Of a DNA stretch of 64,000 nucleotides, positions 26,213-36,777 are shown piece by piece. Each line of letters opens with the position of its first letter. Position 1 is the first letter of the stretch. A program made the translations under genes and the position numbers. Source of the DNA: Macrostomum lignano. Its lineage: Eukaryota. Location of the stretch: assembly GCA_002269645.1 (NCBI GenBank), contig NIVC01002854.1, forward strand, positions 9,248-73,247. Reading direction: 5' to 3'. The notes below the pieces were generated by a model. It was not told where the DNA came from. It did no database searches and was given only the letters and a program-made list of their open reading frames with translations.

Positions 26213-27019
26213 AGTAGAATGCATGAGGGGGCTTCTGGGACAAAATTTTTCACCTCCTCCATAATCCCATTAAATCCATCTATATTGTCCCTGACAGAAT
26301 CAGAAAAAAAGGGAGGTCGCACTCGCTCACAAAACGTCCTCCATAATCCACCTAAATCCATCCATATTATCCCTGACAGAATCAGAAAAAAGGGGGGTCG
26401 CACTCGCCCACAAAACCTCCTCCATAATCCCATTAAATCCATCCACATTATCCCTGACAGAATCTTGAAAAAAGGGGAGGGTTCGCACTTGCTCTGAAAA
26501 CTTCGAACATAATCGTATTAAATCCATCCATATTATCCCTGAATCAGGGTCCTACTCGCTCACAAAACGTCATCCATAATCCCCCTAAATCCATCTATAT
26601 TATCAGAGCATAACAAGTGTCCTACATAATCCACTGACATCCACCCATAGCATCTTCGAAACAATCAGAAAATAATCTGCATTCTTCTCCCCACATTCAA
26701 TCCGCAACGCGAAACCAGATCCCTAAGACTTTAAATCATCAGCGCAGGGTGCTCATCCTCCGAAAAAAATCTAAATTTTCTCTAAAAATGTTTCCAGTTG
26801 TCTCTCCAGGTTCTCATTACAAAGCGCACGAGCCTAATTACAAGAGTAAGTACCAATGCAAACTAGAATGCAGCGAGTACATGAGAAAATATTGGCCCGG
26901 TGTTGATATCAATGTCCCTAATATTAATCTAGCTCTCCAAAGACGCTGGTTTCATAAGTATGGAGTAACCTACGTAAAAGATTACGACAGCTACTAAAAC
27001 TTTGCAGAAATCATTAAGC
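26213..27019 (+). repeat. Left TIR of the Maverick (last 5 bp displaced to 31472-31476 by the LTR insertion)
   Basis: Reverse complement of 50277-51088; contains ~81-82-bp tandem units at 26259-26600. Confidence 0.95.
26788..26997 (+). CDS. TIR-encoded small ORF, left copy (69 aa, shortened by TAT>TAA relative to the right copy)
   Basis: MFPVVSPGSHYKAHEPNYKSKYQCKLEC...; mirror of 50271-50513; ATG preceded by an A-run like other Maverick genes. Confidence 0.5.
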   Translation: MFPVVSPGSHYKAHEPNYKSKYQCKLECSEYMRKYWPGVDINVPNINLALQRRWFHKYGVTYVKDYDSY

Positions 27020-28739
27020 TGTCACGTTATTGGCGTAGCGGCCAGCTATGCGGTGACCCTTAAAAAGGCCGTTTTAGTCCCAAAATAAGTTGAAGTCAAT
27101 TCTTGTAAAGCGGATTTTGTAGCGGAGCACTTGGCGATAAAGGCAGGAACTGCCGTAGTTGTCTTTATTGTTAATATCAGTATTAAGTTGGTTGTTACTG
27201 GCAATAAACAGACTATAGCTTTCTGGGCACTGGCGGCTGCAGCAATGGGTTGAATATAATTTGGATATGAAGTCAAGTGGCAGGCGAATGACACAATGGC
27301 GACGTGACGTGAGCAGTGGCTATGAGCACGGTGAAGGCGGTGAAACGTAGTGGTGAGTTGGCGTCGGTCGTGGCGTGAAACAGTCAAGTAAGTGTGTGAG
27401 CAGGCTGGCCCAGACAGAAGGGCCGTGGTGAGAAATAAGGAGGCTCGAGGCAGCCAGACAAACAGATAAGACAGCTAAGAGGCCGCAGGGAAGGAAACAA
27501 GGGACAAGCGGGGAGAGACGAAAAAGCGTGAGGGGTGCCCGCCGCCAGGCGGGGGGTTTAATAAAAGAGCGCAGAGGGGGGTAGCGCGAGCACGAGTGAT
27601 TTCATTGGCTGGCGAGAGAACTTAAAATTATCGATCGTGCCAAATTTATACGGTGGCGAGAGAGGATAGCAAAATATACAATGAATTATAAATTGCCACA
27701 AAATCGTTGGGCACTACTACAAGTAAACGTCGCAATAAACGAATGGAAAAGTTTAGTTGAAGCGGTGAAACTGAAGGGTTGAATGACTATGGAAAACCAG
27801 CAGTCCAACGGCCCTTTTCGGGACCACCTTAAACTGACAACGTCACACTCGCCTCCCTTCCGAAAAAGGATAGGGTCGCGCAAAAAGAAAACCAACACGC
27901 GGGGTGACGGCAAGAAAAACACAGCATGACCGCAGCAAATGAAATTACAGTAGAATGAATTACAGTGGGGTTGAGTCAGTTTGTATGAGCATATGATTAC
28001 TGGAGGCTTTAGGGATTACTAACCCACAGGCTTATGAGTGGCTGAATAATCGAAGTCAAATTACAGAACAGGTGGTAGGATTACAGAAAGTTACAGAACA
28101 TTACAAAGAAGAGCTAGCACGCGAGGGAACCAGTGGAGTGAAGGTGTGTAAACGATGCAGAATGCATCCGCTGCAGGGTGCAGCCAGCCGACAACGGCTC
28201 AACAGCTGGGCCGGTCCCGGTGGACCGCATGGGCTCGCCCCCAATGGGACGCAGGCGCCGCCCAGACACGCGCACAGAGGCGCAAAGAAAAACCAGGCAC
28301 AGAGAAAAGAAAGAGCGTTGAAAAACGCCTATGGCGCCCGGCTTTCGAGGTCCGGCACCGCAACAAAATGGGATGTTTCACACGCTCGCAAAAAGAAGTG
28401 AAGAGGCTGAAGGGGAATACGAAAACAAAGGAACAGACTGCAGTAAATAATGAATACAGGTAGATGAATGGTGAAAATCAAAGTCAACGTAGGTATGGCA
28501 GTGAGAATAACATTGGTTACAAAAGTAGCGCAGAGCGGAGCGCGCGGGGCACGCGAACGCACAAAAAAACGACAGGACGAACAGAGGTGACAAGACAGAT
28601 GAGGCAAGGAGCACAGAACAAAGGTGACAAGACGGATGAGGCAAAAGGACACAGAGCAGAGGCACAAACAGAAGCACAGAACGGAGGCACAGTCCGGACA
28701 ACTGCGGGCAAACGACGACAAGCGCCAAGGGCGGCGGGA

Positions 28740-29340
28740 CACGACGCGGCGCGCCAAACAGGCGGGAGGGGGAAAACGGCGAGGGAGCGCCCAAGGCGGA
28801 GACAGGACGGCGCGGAGCGCCAAGGCAGAAAACGGCGCAGCGCGCCAGGCGGAGAAAGGCGCAACGCGCCAAGGCAGGAGACGGCGCAGCGCGCCACGGC
28901 AGGGAACGGCGCCACGCGCCAAGGCAGAGAACGGCGCCACGCGCCAAGGCAGGAAACGGCGACAGGGCGCCACGGCAGGGAACGGCGCCACGCGCCAAGG
29001 CAGAGAACGGCGCAGCGCGCCAGGCGGAGAAAGGCGCAGCGCGCCAAGGCAGGAAACGGCGCCACGCGCCAGGCAGGAACGGCGCAGCGCGCCAGGCGGA
29101 GACGCGCAGGGGCGCCAAGGCAGGAAACGGCGCAGCGCGCCAGGCGGAGAACGGCGCAGCGCGCCAAACAGGCAGAAGGGAGGGAACCGGCGCGGAAGCG
29201 CCCAACAGACAGGGGGGAGAGGACCAGCGCGGAAGCGCCCAACAGGCAGGAAGGAGAGAACCGGCGCGGAAGGCGGAGAACAGCGGGGCCACAGGGACCC
29301 GTGGCCAACAGGGGCCACAGGAGGTAGTTTAACGCCTTGC
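28740..29340. repeat. GC-rich degenerate minisatellite inside the LTR element
   Basis: Repeated GCGCGCCA(A)GGCAGGA(A/G)ACGGC units; these explain the overlapping low-complexity ORFs. Confidence 0.85.
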
Positions 29341-30109
29341 CCAGGGCGTGAGCAAACTAATGCTTGCCACCCTACAGCTGGAGCAGGCCGGACACCTGGC
29401 ACGCCCGGTACCTAACGGGTGGGCAGATGGGGCGCCCATAGCTGGGTCTGGGTTCAGTGGCTGGGGCTGGTGGATTAACTGCCTGTGCGGCGACTGGGTC
29501 CGCCACAGGCTCGGGAGGCGCCATGCCGAAGTCTTTCCCGTTGCCGGACATTGTGCGAGATGAAGCTCAGGCAGGAGCCCGAGTGAGGCGAACGGAGCAA
29601 CCACGAGTGAGAGTAAGGTTCCAGAGAGAACGAATTGAGGTTGATGACGCGAGAGAGACGAGAGAGATTGCGTCCTACTAACAAAAATACGTGCCTGACA
29701 GGGGCGAACCACAAAAAGCCTATAACAGGGGAGAGTCCTATCACGCAAACCACCCAGACTAACTGTCAGGCAATAGTCCCTACAAACAATCAGCGCACAG
29801 CGTAACCTGGCGTGGCTTGGCACACGCAGCGGAGCTATCTTGGCAGAGCGTAAGCTCGAGCTCAACGCAGTTGACAGCGCGCGTTGCTCAGGGCGACGAC
29901 CAGCGACGACTCGCGGCGACGAGCGAAGACCGGCCGAGCAGTCAGGACCCCTGGGCCTGACGTGGCACAGGCTCTCGCAGCCTTGCGGACCGAACCTCAG
30001 GCGTGGCACAGGCTCTCGTAGCCTTGCGGACCGAACCTCAGGCGTGGCACAGGCTCTCGCAGCCTTGCGGACCGTCAGGCAGAAACGTGGCAGGCCGGCA
30101 CTCAGTCAC

Positions 30110-30633
30110 GAGCCGGCAGAGCTGAGCAGAATCTCGCTGACGCTTGGTTGCGAGCTGGCAGGGCTGAGCAGAATCTCGCTGACGCTTGGTTGCGAGCTGG
30201 CAGGGCTGAGCAGAATCTCGCTGACGCTTGGTTGCGAGCTGGCAAGGCTGAGCAGAAGTCTTGATGGCGCTTGCTTGTGTGCTGGCAGCGCTGAGCAGGA
30301 GTCTCGGTGGCACTGATTACGAGTTGGCAGCGCTGAGTAGAAGTCTTGATGGCACTGATTTAGTTGTGAGCCGGCAGTGCTGAGTAGGCGTCTCGGTGGT
30401 GCTTAGTTTCGAACGTGTTGATGTTGAGCAGAATCTCAGTGGCGCTTAGTTGCGAACCGGCAGTGCTGAGCTTGGTCTCGGTGGTGCTGACTTAGTTGCG
30501 AGCCGGCAGTGCTGAGTAGGAGTCTCGGTGGTGCTGACTTAGTTGCGAGCCGGCAGTGCTGAGTAGGAATCTCGGTGGGGCTGACTTAGTTGCGAGCCGG
30601 CAGTGCTGAGTAGGAGTCTCGGTGGGACCTCCA
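30110..30633. repeat. Tandem repeats in the LTR element leader (47-bp units carrying a PBS-like TCTCGGTGG, plus shorter units)
   Basis: GCTGAGTAGG recurs at 30511, 30558 and 30605; the last unit ends in the true PBS. Confidence 0.85.
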
Positions 30634-31483
30634 AAATTATGTCACGTTATTGGCGTAGCGGCCAGCTATGCGGTGACCCTTAAAAAGGCCGTTTTAGTCC
30701 CAAAATAAGTTGAAGTCAATTCTTGTAAAGCGGATTTTGTAGCGGAGCACTTGGCGATAAAGGCAGGAACTGCCGTAGTTGTCTTTATTGTTAATATCAG
30801 TATTAAGTTGGTTGTTACTGGCAATAAACAGACTATAGCTTTCTGGGCACTGGCGGCTGCAGCAATGGGTTGAATATAATTTGGATATGAAGTCAAGTGG
30901 CAGGCGAATGACACAATGGCGACGTGACGTGAGCAGTGGCTATGAGCACGGTGAAGGCGGTGAAACGTAGTGGTGAGTTGGCGTCGGTCGTGGCGTGAAA
31001 CAGTCAAGTAAGTGTGTGAGCAGGCTGGCCCAGACAGAAGGGCCGTGGTGAGAAATAAGGAGGCTCGAGGCAGCCAGACAAACAGATAAGACAGCTAAGA
31101 GGCCGCAGGGAAGGAAACAAGGGACAAGCGGGGAGAGACGAAAAAGCGTGAGGGGTGCCCGCCGCCAGGCGGGGGGTTTAATAAAAGAGCGCAGAGGGGG
31201 GTAGCGCGAGCACGAGTGATTTCATTGGCTGGCGAGAGAACTTAAAATTATCGATCGTGCCAAATTTATACGGTGGCGAGAGAGGATAGCAAAATATACA
31301 ATGAATTATAAATTGCCACAAAATCGTTGGGCACTACTACAAGTAAACGTCGCAATAAACGAATGGAAAAGTTTAGTTGAAGCGGTGAAACTGAAGGGTT
31401 GAATGACTATGGAAAACCAGCAGTCCAACGGCCCTTTTCGGGACCACCTTAAACTGACAACGTCACAAAGCAATTGTGATTTC

Positions 31484-32347
31484 TTACATTCTCTCAATGA
31501 TCAACGTCAATACAAACTCTTCCCCGTTGAAATCAACACCTACACCATCTTCAGTCTCAAACTGTAGCACAATCTCGTGAATTTCCTTATTACTCAATAC
31601 AACTCTTTTCACTGGATTGGGTTTCTCTACCACCATCTGTCCTCCAGCTACAGAGTTGGAGATGTTGTACAAAATATTAGTTCGCTTTCCCTTAAATACC
31701 CAATCAAGACTGAGATTAGTTCTGATTAGAATATTCAAACCCTTTACAATGTCTGCTATATTGGGTGCTAAGAACAAACCGCGTACACTTTCCCGGGCCA
31801 TGCTAACGGCCCCCGATGCTTGAGTGGCGGTCCGTGCCGCGGATTCTGCCTTATAAACTTTCTTCTCGAATCCCAATTCCCTATACCAAGTGTCATCTTT
31901 AAACTCAACCTCCGCATCTTTGTGAACTTGCATGACCACTCTCATTACAGTGAGATCATAGGTTAGTTTGACAGGGAACAGTTTCTTCTCTGGCTTACTC
32001 GCATCAGGTGTCTCAAAATGGCCTCTTTTAGTAAAGACATTTTCTAGAAAGTTATTGTAGGTATCCACACTTTGCGCGCTCACATGGAATACCACAGGGT
32101 CTGCTGCTGCACCTTTCCATTTGTAATAAAACTTATTATTTGCTGCCGACACATTGGTAACGTTTGACCAACCAGTGAAGTCGTTAAGATAGACATGGTA
32201 ATTAGCACCTGGATCCAGGCGAATTGCCTGCTCTAATTTTTGAATAAATATCCCGTTTGAGTCATTAATTCGCCCAGTTATTGTAATAGGAATGCTCTCC
32301 TTGGAGTGCGAAATAATATTATTTAGTCTTTCAGCAATCGCTTCCAT
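31484..32347 (-). CDS. Minor capsid (penton-like, single jelly-roll) protein of the Maverick, 287 aa
   Basis: Adjacent to MCP; C-terminal VVEKPNP...EIHEIVLQFETEDGVGVDFNGEEFVLTLII resembles Polinton pentons; ORF intact. Confidence 0.8.
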   Translation of the reverse strand: MEAIAERLNNIISHSKESIPITITGRINDSNGIFIQKLEQAIRLDPGANYHVYLNDFTGWSNVTNVSAANNKFYYKWKGAAADPVVFHVSAQSVDTYNNFLENVFTKRGHFETPDASKPEKKLFPVKLTYDLTVMRVVMQVHKDAEVEFKDDTWYRELGFEKKVYKAESAARTATQASGAVSMARESVRGLFLAPNIADIVKGLNILIRTNLSLDWVFKGKRTNILYNISNSVAGGQMVVEKPNPVKRVVLSNKEIHEIVLQFETEDGVGVDFNGEEFVLTLIIERM

Positions 32348-32367
32348 TTTTTGTCCTAAAAAAATAT

Positions 32368-33606
32368 TTAAACTTTACTGGATGAATTGTTGATCATGTT
32401 AAGCTTCACCTTCCTCTCAAATGCATAGATAATGTACAAGTCCACGGGTGTTGCGACAGTCCTCTCAATGTTAGTCACGATATTCACAGGGCTGTTATCA
32501 GTAGGCATTTGTCTGGCAGCCACATCAGCGCCAAACATCGGATATAGAGTTCCATATTGAAGAGCAGTGATAGCAATTCCATTGTTCTCTTTCACAGCCA
32601 AGTCGACCAACTCGCTGTAAAATTTGCTAATCTTGTTCTGACTGAAATCTCCATTTTGTGGCAGTGCAGGGTAAAGATTATCACTGATTTCATGCTGAAT
32701 GGACCGCACGTCTCCATGCATGTAGCGTATAATGCTATTTGGGTTTCTCATGTTAATAATAATATACCTTGGATTGCTGCATGATCCCTCTTTAATGCAG
32801 ATGTTTGTTCTAGTTTCGTTTCGCTCATCTCGACACATGTAGGCCGTGTATGCAACATCAATGTCCTTCTCTATTGCCTTGAGATAATCCGCTTTTAGTG
32901 CGGTCTTTGGCTCAATGGCTTCCAAATACAGCTCGATTCCGGTTAGCTTCACCTCCATCCTTGTGTGATCCGCCCCAGTCCACAACACTCTACTGCGATC
33001 ACCTCTAGTCATCTTAAAAGTGTAGCTAAAGTTACTAGTCAGTCGATTAAATGTATTACAGAATCCACTCATGAATCTTAGTGGTACAAATACATCAACA
33101 GACCGATACAGCGGGTTCTTAGCAGCATCATCAGCACCTTGCAATGCATAGTTGTATCTCTTCTTCCTCTTTTTATAGCCACTGTCATTGATGTCTCCTT
33201 CAGGATTCTCGATCAAACAATGAGCGTCATAGACAATTCCAAAGTTGGCGATTCGCTCCAACTCTGTGCTCCCATTCGATACACTAAACTCCTTGAACAT
33301 GTACGCCCAAAAGTTACTAATCAGAGCCACATCCGCATCATGCTTGTCAACGTTAGCACGAGCCGCATCCGCACCAACCTTTGTCTTGAATTGAAATGTC
33401 ATATGGAAGCCGCTCTTAAGACTGTGCACACTAACCAAAGACGAACATCCATTGTATGTGAATGTCAGCGTTTGACCAGGACCAAGATTAGTTTCATTCT
33501 GATTTTACTGACTGGGAACTCTTACCTGAGTCGCTTTGATTGTGCTATCATCACTCAAAATAGGCTTGTTAATTTTGTAGAAAACTGGTGTCAGTGGGTC
33601 GTTCAT
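32368..33606 (-). pseudogene. Major capsid protein (double jelly-roll), 412 codons with one in-frame TAA at 33505-33507
   Basis: ATG at 33606 is in frame with ORF 32368-33438; motifs VPLRFMSGFC and SNPRYIIINM resemble Polinton MCPs. Confidence 0.8.
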
Positions 33607-33636
33607 TTTTTAACTAAAAATAAAATAAAATAAGAA

Positions 33637-34895
33637 ATGAAGCGAAAAAGTACACAGCAGATATCTGAATTGGAGAAGCTAGCACAAGCAGAGAAACGAG
33701 TTACCGGGCTAATAAATAAGGAGCAACAATCCTACAATGAGTTTGTCCAAGCAGCCACCGAATTTCACAAACCCGGATACACAGAAGCGAAGAAAAACCT
33801 CGACACTGTGAAGGAAGCAGTTGATGATATTCAAGAGAGCCAGTTGCAAAACACATTGGGTAAAATCCCATCTTCACCAGGACAACCACAGGCTCAGGAA
33901 CCAGGACAACCAGAAGCACAACTGGTGCAGATGAAAGTGACGGATAACTTTTTTGGCCCCGTATTGGATGATGGAAAATATATTTTTGGAATTAGCGCCT
34001 GCGAAAAAATATTACCGGGGAACCGGCGGATTACAACATTGAAGTGACAAAGGAAAATATTTTAATCAATAAAGGCGCAAAAACTAAAAGAATCCAGTTT
34101 ACTCAAACTTTACTTGATTACATGACTAAAAATCTAGAGAAAACGTCTAAAAAGCAGTTCGAAAATTACAAAGATCTTGTTACCTTTGCTCTCGATAGGG
34201 ACATAATTATGCTCAAGAACGACGGTGTTTTGAAAATTTTACATGAAAACGGGATTGTCTTGAACAGGTTTAGAAAATACAAATACTTTAAACAATGGTT
34301 TGGTTTGCCGGATCAAGAAGAGATCATAAGACAACAACCACAACAACCACAACCACAGCAGCAACAACCACAACCACAACCACAACAACAACCACAACCA
34401 TAACAACTGCCACAACAACCACAACAACCGCCACAACAGCAGCAACATTTCACAGAAGAACAAGTACTCAGGCAACTGGAAAATGCAGATCCAGCTCAAG
34501 TAGCTAAATATAAAAATGATCACCCAACAGACTGGCAACACTTAGAACAACACTCTCCAGATTGAATGAACAGAATCAAGCAAAGAGTTTTCACACCTCA
34601 ACAAAGACAGGCGCCACATGACAGTTCCATCTCTGAAAGTGAGCGGTCTTTTTCATCACCTCCCCAGCAGCTTCAAGCCCAACCAACTCCACAACCTCAA
34701 GACCAACCGCCTTCAACTGGAAAAGGAATTTCTGAAATCTACAAGCGAGTAGCGGTTCTTCTAGGAGCGGCAAAGACCGGAATGAAAGATGAGAATAGAA
34801 AAGAATTTGTCAACATCCTGGACAAAATGCTTGAGAGAAAATACATCGATAAGAGGGCGAGAGAGCTTCTGCTTTCGCGGTTCAACAAAAAATAA
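33637..34895 (+). pseudogene. Conserved Maverick protein (PZ-like, poly-Q/P), broken by 1 frameshift (~34000) and 2 stops (34401, 34563); may be more than one gene
   Basis: C-terminal EIYKRVAVLLGAAKTG...EFVNILDKML resembles the recurrent Maverick motif RLRLL.AS..AGN...EI..II.EL; ORFs 34044-34403 and 34566-34895 share a frame. Confidence 0.55.
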
Positions 34896-34911
34896 TTTAT
34901 TTCAAGTAAAA

Positions 34912-35297
34912 ATGCCACTTATTTTCGAAAAAGACATTGACAAATACTATGACAAAGAGGAACTTAATCTCATAAAACGTGGATCTGGACTTTTCCCTGC
35001 AGGCCACTATCCAAGAAAAGAACGCTCTGGAATGGCCTTGCCGATTTGATCGCTCAGGGGGCCAAGATTTTTAAGGTCATTGGAGAGAACAAAGAGAACA
35101 TCAAGAACGTTGCCGAAGCGGCTGGCAGTGTAGCCACAGCAGCCAAAAAGATAAAGGATACTGTAACACCTAAACAAGAGATTCAACCGCTGGCCCCGCT
35201 GGCTCCGCTGGCCCCAAATCCAGACAGTGTGGACCCTGCAGTCTATGAGAAGATGAGAGCTAGCATTAAAAAAGGAAGTGGTTTCAAATTTGACTAA
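34912..35297 (+). pseudogene. Small basic Maverick protein with GSG motifs (candidate core/cement protein), one frameshift near 35040
   Basis: MPLIFEK...IKRGSGLF continues after a frameshift into ...IKKGSGFKFD. Confidence 0.5.
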
Positions 35298-35343
35298 AGG
35301 GTACTTTCCGAGGGTAAAAGACATGTAAGAGTATAAGACTAGT

Positions 35344-35425
35344 CCCAAAATGACACATCTAAGGCCCGAAATGACATATTTAAGTCCCGAAATGACACAT
35401 CTACGACCCAAAATGACACATCTTC
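35344..35425 (+). repeat. Four 21-bp direct repeats upstream of the ATPase
   Basis: CCC(A/G)AAATGACA(C/T)AT(C/T)T at 35344, 35365, 35386 and 35407. Confidence 0.85.
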
Positions 35426-35464
35426 TAAATGATTTATTATTTAATTTTTTTAATCATAGGAAAA

Positions 35465-36265
35465 ATGGACTTTTCAAACGACTTCAATCCTCACTGGACG
35501 CGTAATCAGATTAAGTTTTCTCATCACGAGTCAATCCCGAGTCACTTCAGATGCATTGTTGTTGGTTCATCAGGTTCAGGTAAAACATTTAGAGTCTTTA
35601 ACATGTTTCTTAGACCTGGCTTTATCGACTATGACACTCTGCACATCTACTCTCCCACACTGTATCAAGATGAGTATAAAATGTTGATTTCTGGATTGCA
35701 AAACAAACTGAACAAAGAGGACATTATTCAATGTTTTAATAACCAACAAAACCTTCCCAGTAACCCAGAAATTGTAGCTGCTGAATATGCAAAGCACCTT
35801 AAAGACAATGAAAAATGGCAGAACACCAAAGTGTTCACCTATGGAGATCCACAGGCTGATCCAAAGACCAAACTTCTACCCCAACCAGATGAGCTAGAAA
35901 AAGGGAGAAAGCATTTGATTGTCTTTGATGATTGTATGACAGGCCCACAGAAGCAGATAGAAAACTATTTTACAAGAGGACGACATAACAATTGTAATGT
36001 AATTTACATTGCACAAAACTGGTTCGAGCTCCCGAACAAAACAATTCGTGGGAACTGCAATCTGATTCTCCTGTTTCCAACAATTCCACAGGATAGGCTA
36101 AAAAGATTTTACAATGAGGTCATTGCGCCAGCCTATTTTATAAATCCAACAAAAAACTCAAGCAGAAAGATTTCCCAAGAGGAATTCGTTAACCTCTGCT
36201 GCGAAAAGTGGAACCAACCATATCAGTTTGTCATGATCAACAAGGAAAAAAGAACTGTAATTTAA
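35465..36265 (+). CDS. A32-like DNA packaging ATPase
   Basis: Walker A GSSGSGKT, Walker B LIVFDD, FTRGRH...IAQ...IRGN motifs; ORF intact. Confidence 0.95.
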   Translation: MDFSNDFNPHWTRNQIKFSHHESIPSHFRCIVVGSSGSGKTFRVFNMFLRPGFIDYDTLHIYSPTLYQDEYKMLISGLQNKLNKEDIIQCFNNQQNLPSNPEIVAAEYAKHLKDNEKWQNTKVFTYGDPQADPKTKLLPQPDELEKGRKHLIVFDDCMTGPQKQIENYFTRGRHNNCNVIYIAQNWFELPNKTIRGNCNLILLFPTIPQDRLKRFYNEVIAPAYFINPTKNSSRKISQEEFVNLCCEKWNQPYQFVMINKEKRTVI

Positions 36266-36777
36266 AATTTGCTATTAAAAGATGTCTATCAATTTTGCAG
36301 GTGAATCCATTTCTGGCAACAGCACTCTTACATCAGCTCAAATATCCATCCTTGACAGGCGATATATCAACAGCGACGAAAAGATCTTAGAGATCAAACT
36401 GAATAAAAACAGACCGAAACAATTAGAGCGCTCCATGCACCAGCTACAGATAAACATAGAAGATCTCCGCATAAAAGTAGCTAGGCAGAAGTTTGAAAGT
36501 GATAAGCTTTATGCGCAGTTTGCACACGCAACTAATGAAGTTAGGTCAGAAATAACTTCGGCAGTCTCGCAAATCAATAGGTTAACATCGACAGTTAATC
36601 TTCTGGGAAATTCCACTGATAGGCGGATGCGTATTCTTGAAGAAGGAGTTTTCACAAACACAGTTAAAGTGAGGAATGTAGAAGAGTTCATGACTCAATC
36701 AACAGCGTTGCATGATAGAATTAGAGAAAACGTCGCAACCAACACAGGCAAAGTGAGGAATTTAGAAGAGTTCATGA

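Larger units (their letters stand above)
27020..31467 (-). mobile_element. Non-autonomous LTR retroelement (LARD-like) inserted at the inner edge of the left TIR
   Basis: 828-bp LTRs at 27020-27847 and 30640-31467 with no difference seen by eye; 4-bp TSD AAGC; PBS TGGAGGTCCCACCGAGA (30617-30633, tRNA-Gln type); PPT AAGGGAGGCGAG; no RT/IN motifs in the 2.8-kb interior. Confidence 0.92.

Noticed and set aside
26017-26527. ORFs spanning the TIR tandem repeats (also 50774-51419)
   Set aside because: They arise from ~82-bp repeats, cross the element boundary and lack coding motifs.
27046-27387. 113-aa ORF duplicated at 30666-31007
   Set aside because: It lies within the LTRs; the duplication reflects LTR identity, with no evidence of coding function.
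28329-29415. Long overlapping Arg/Ala/Pro-rich ORFs in five frames
   Set aside because: Explained by a GC-rich, stop-poor minisatellite; no domain motifs.
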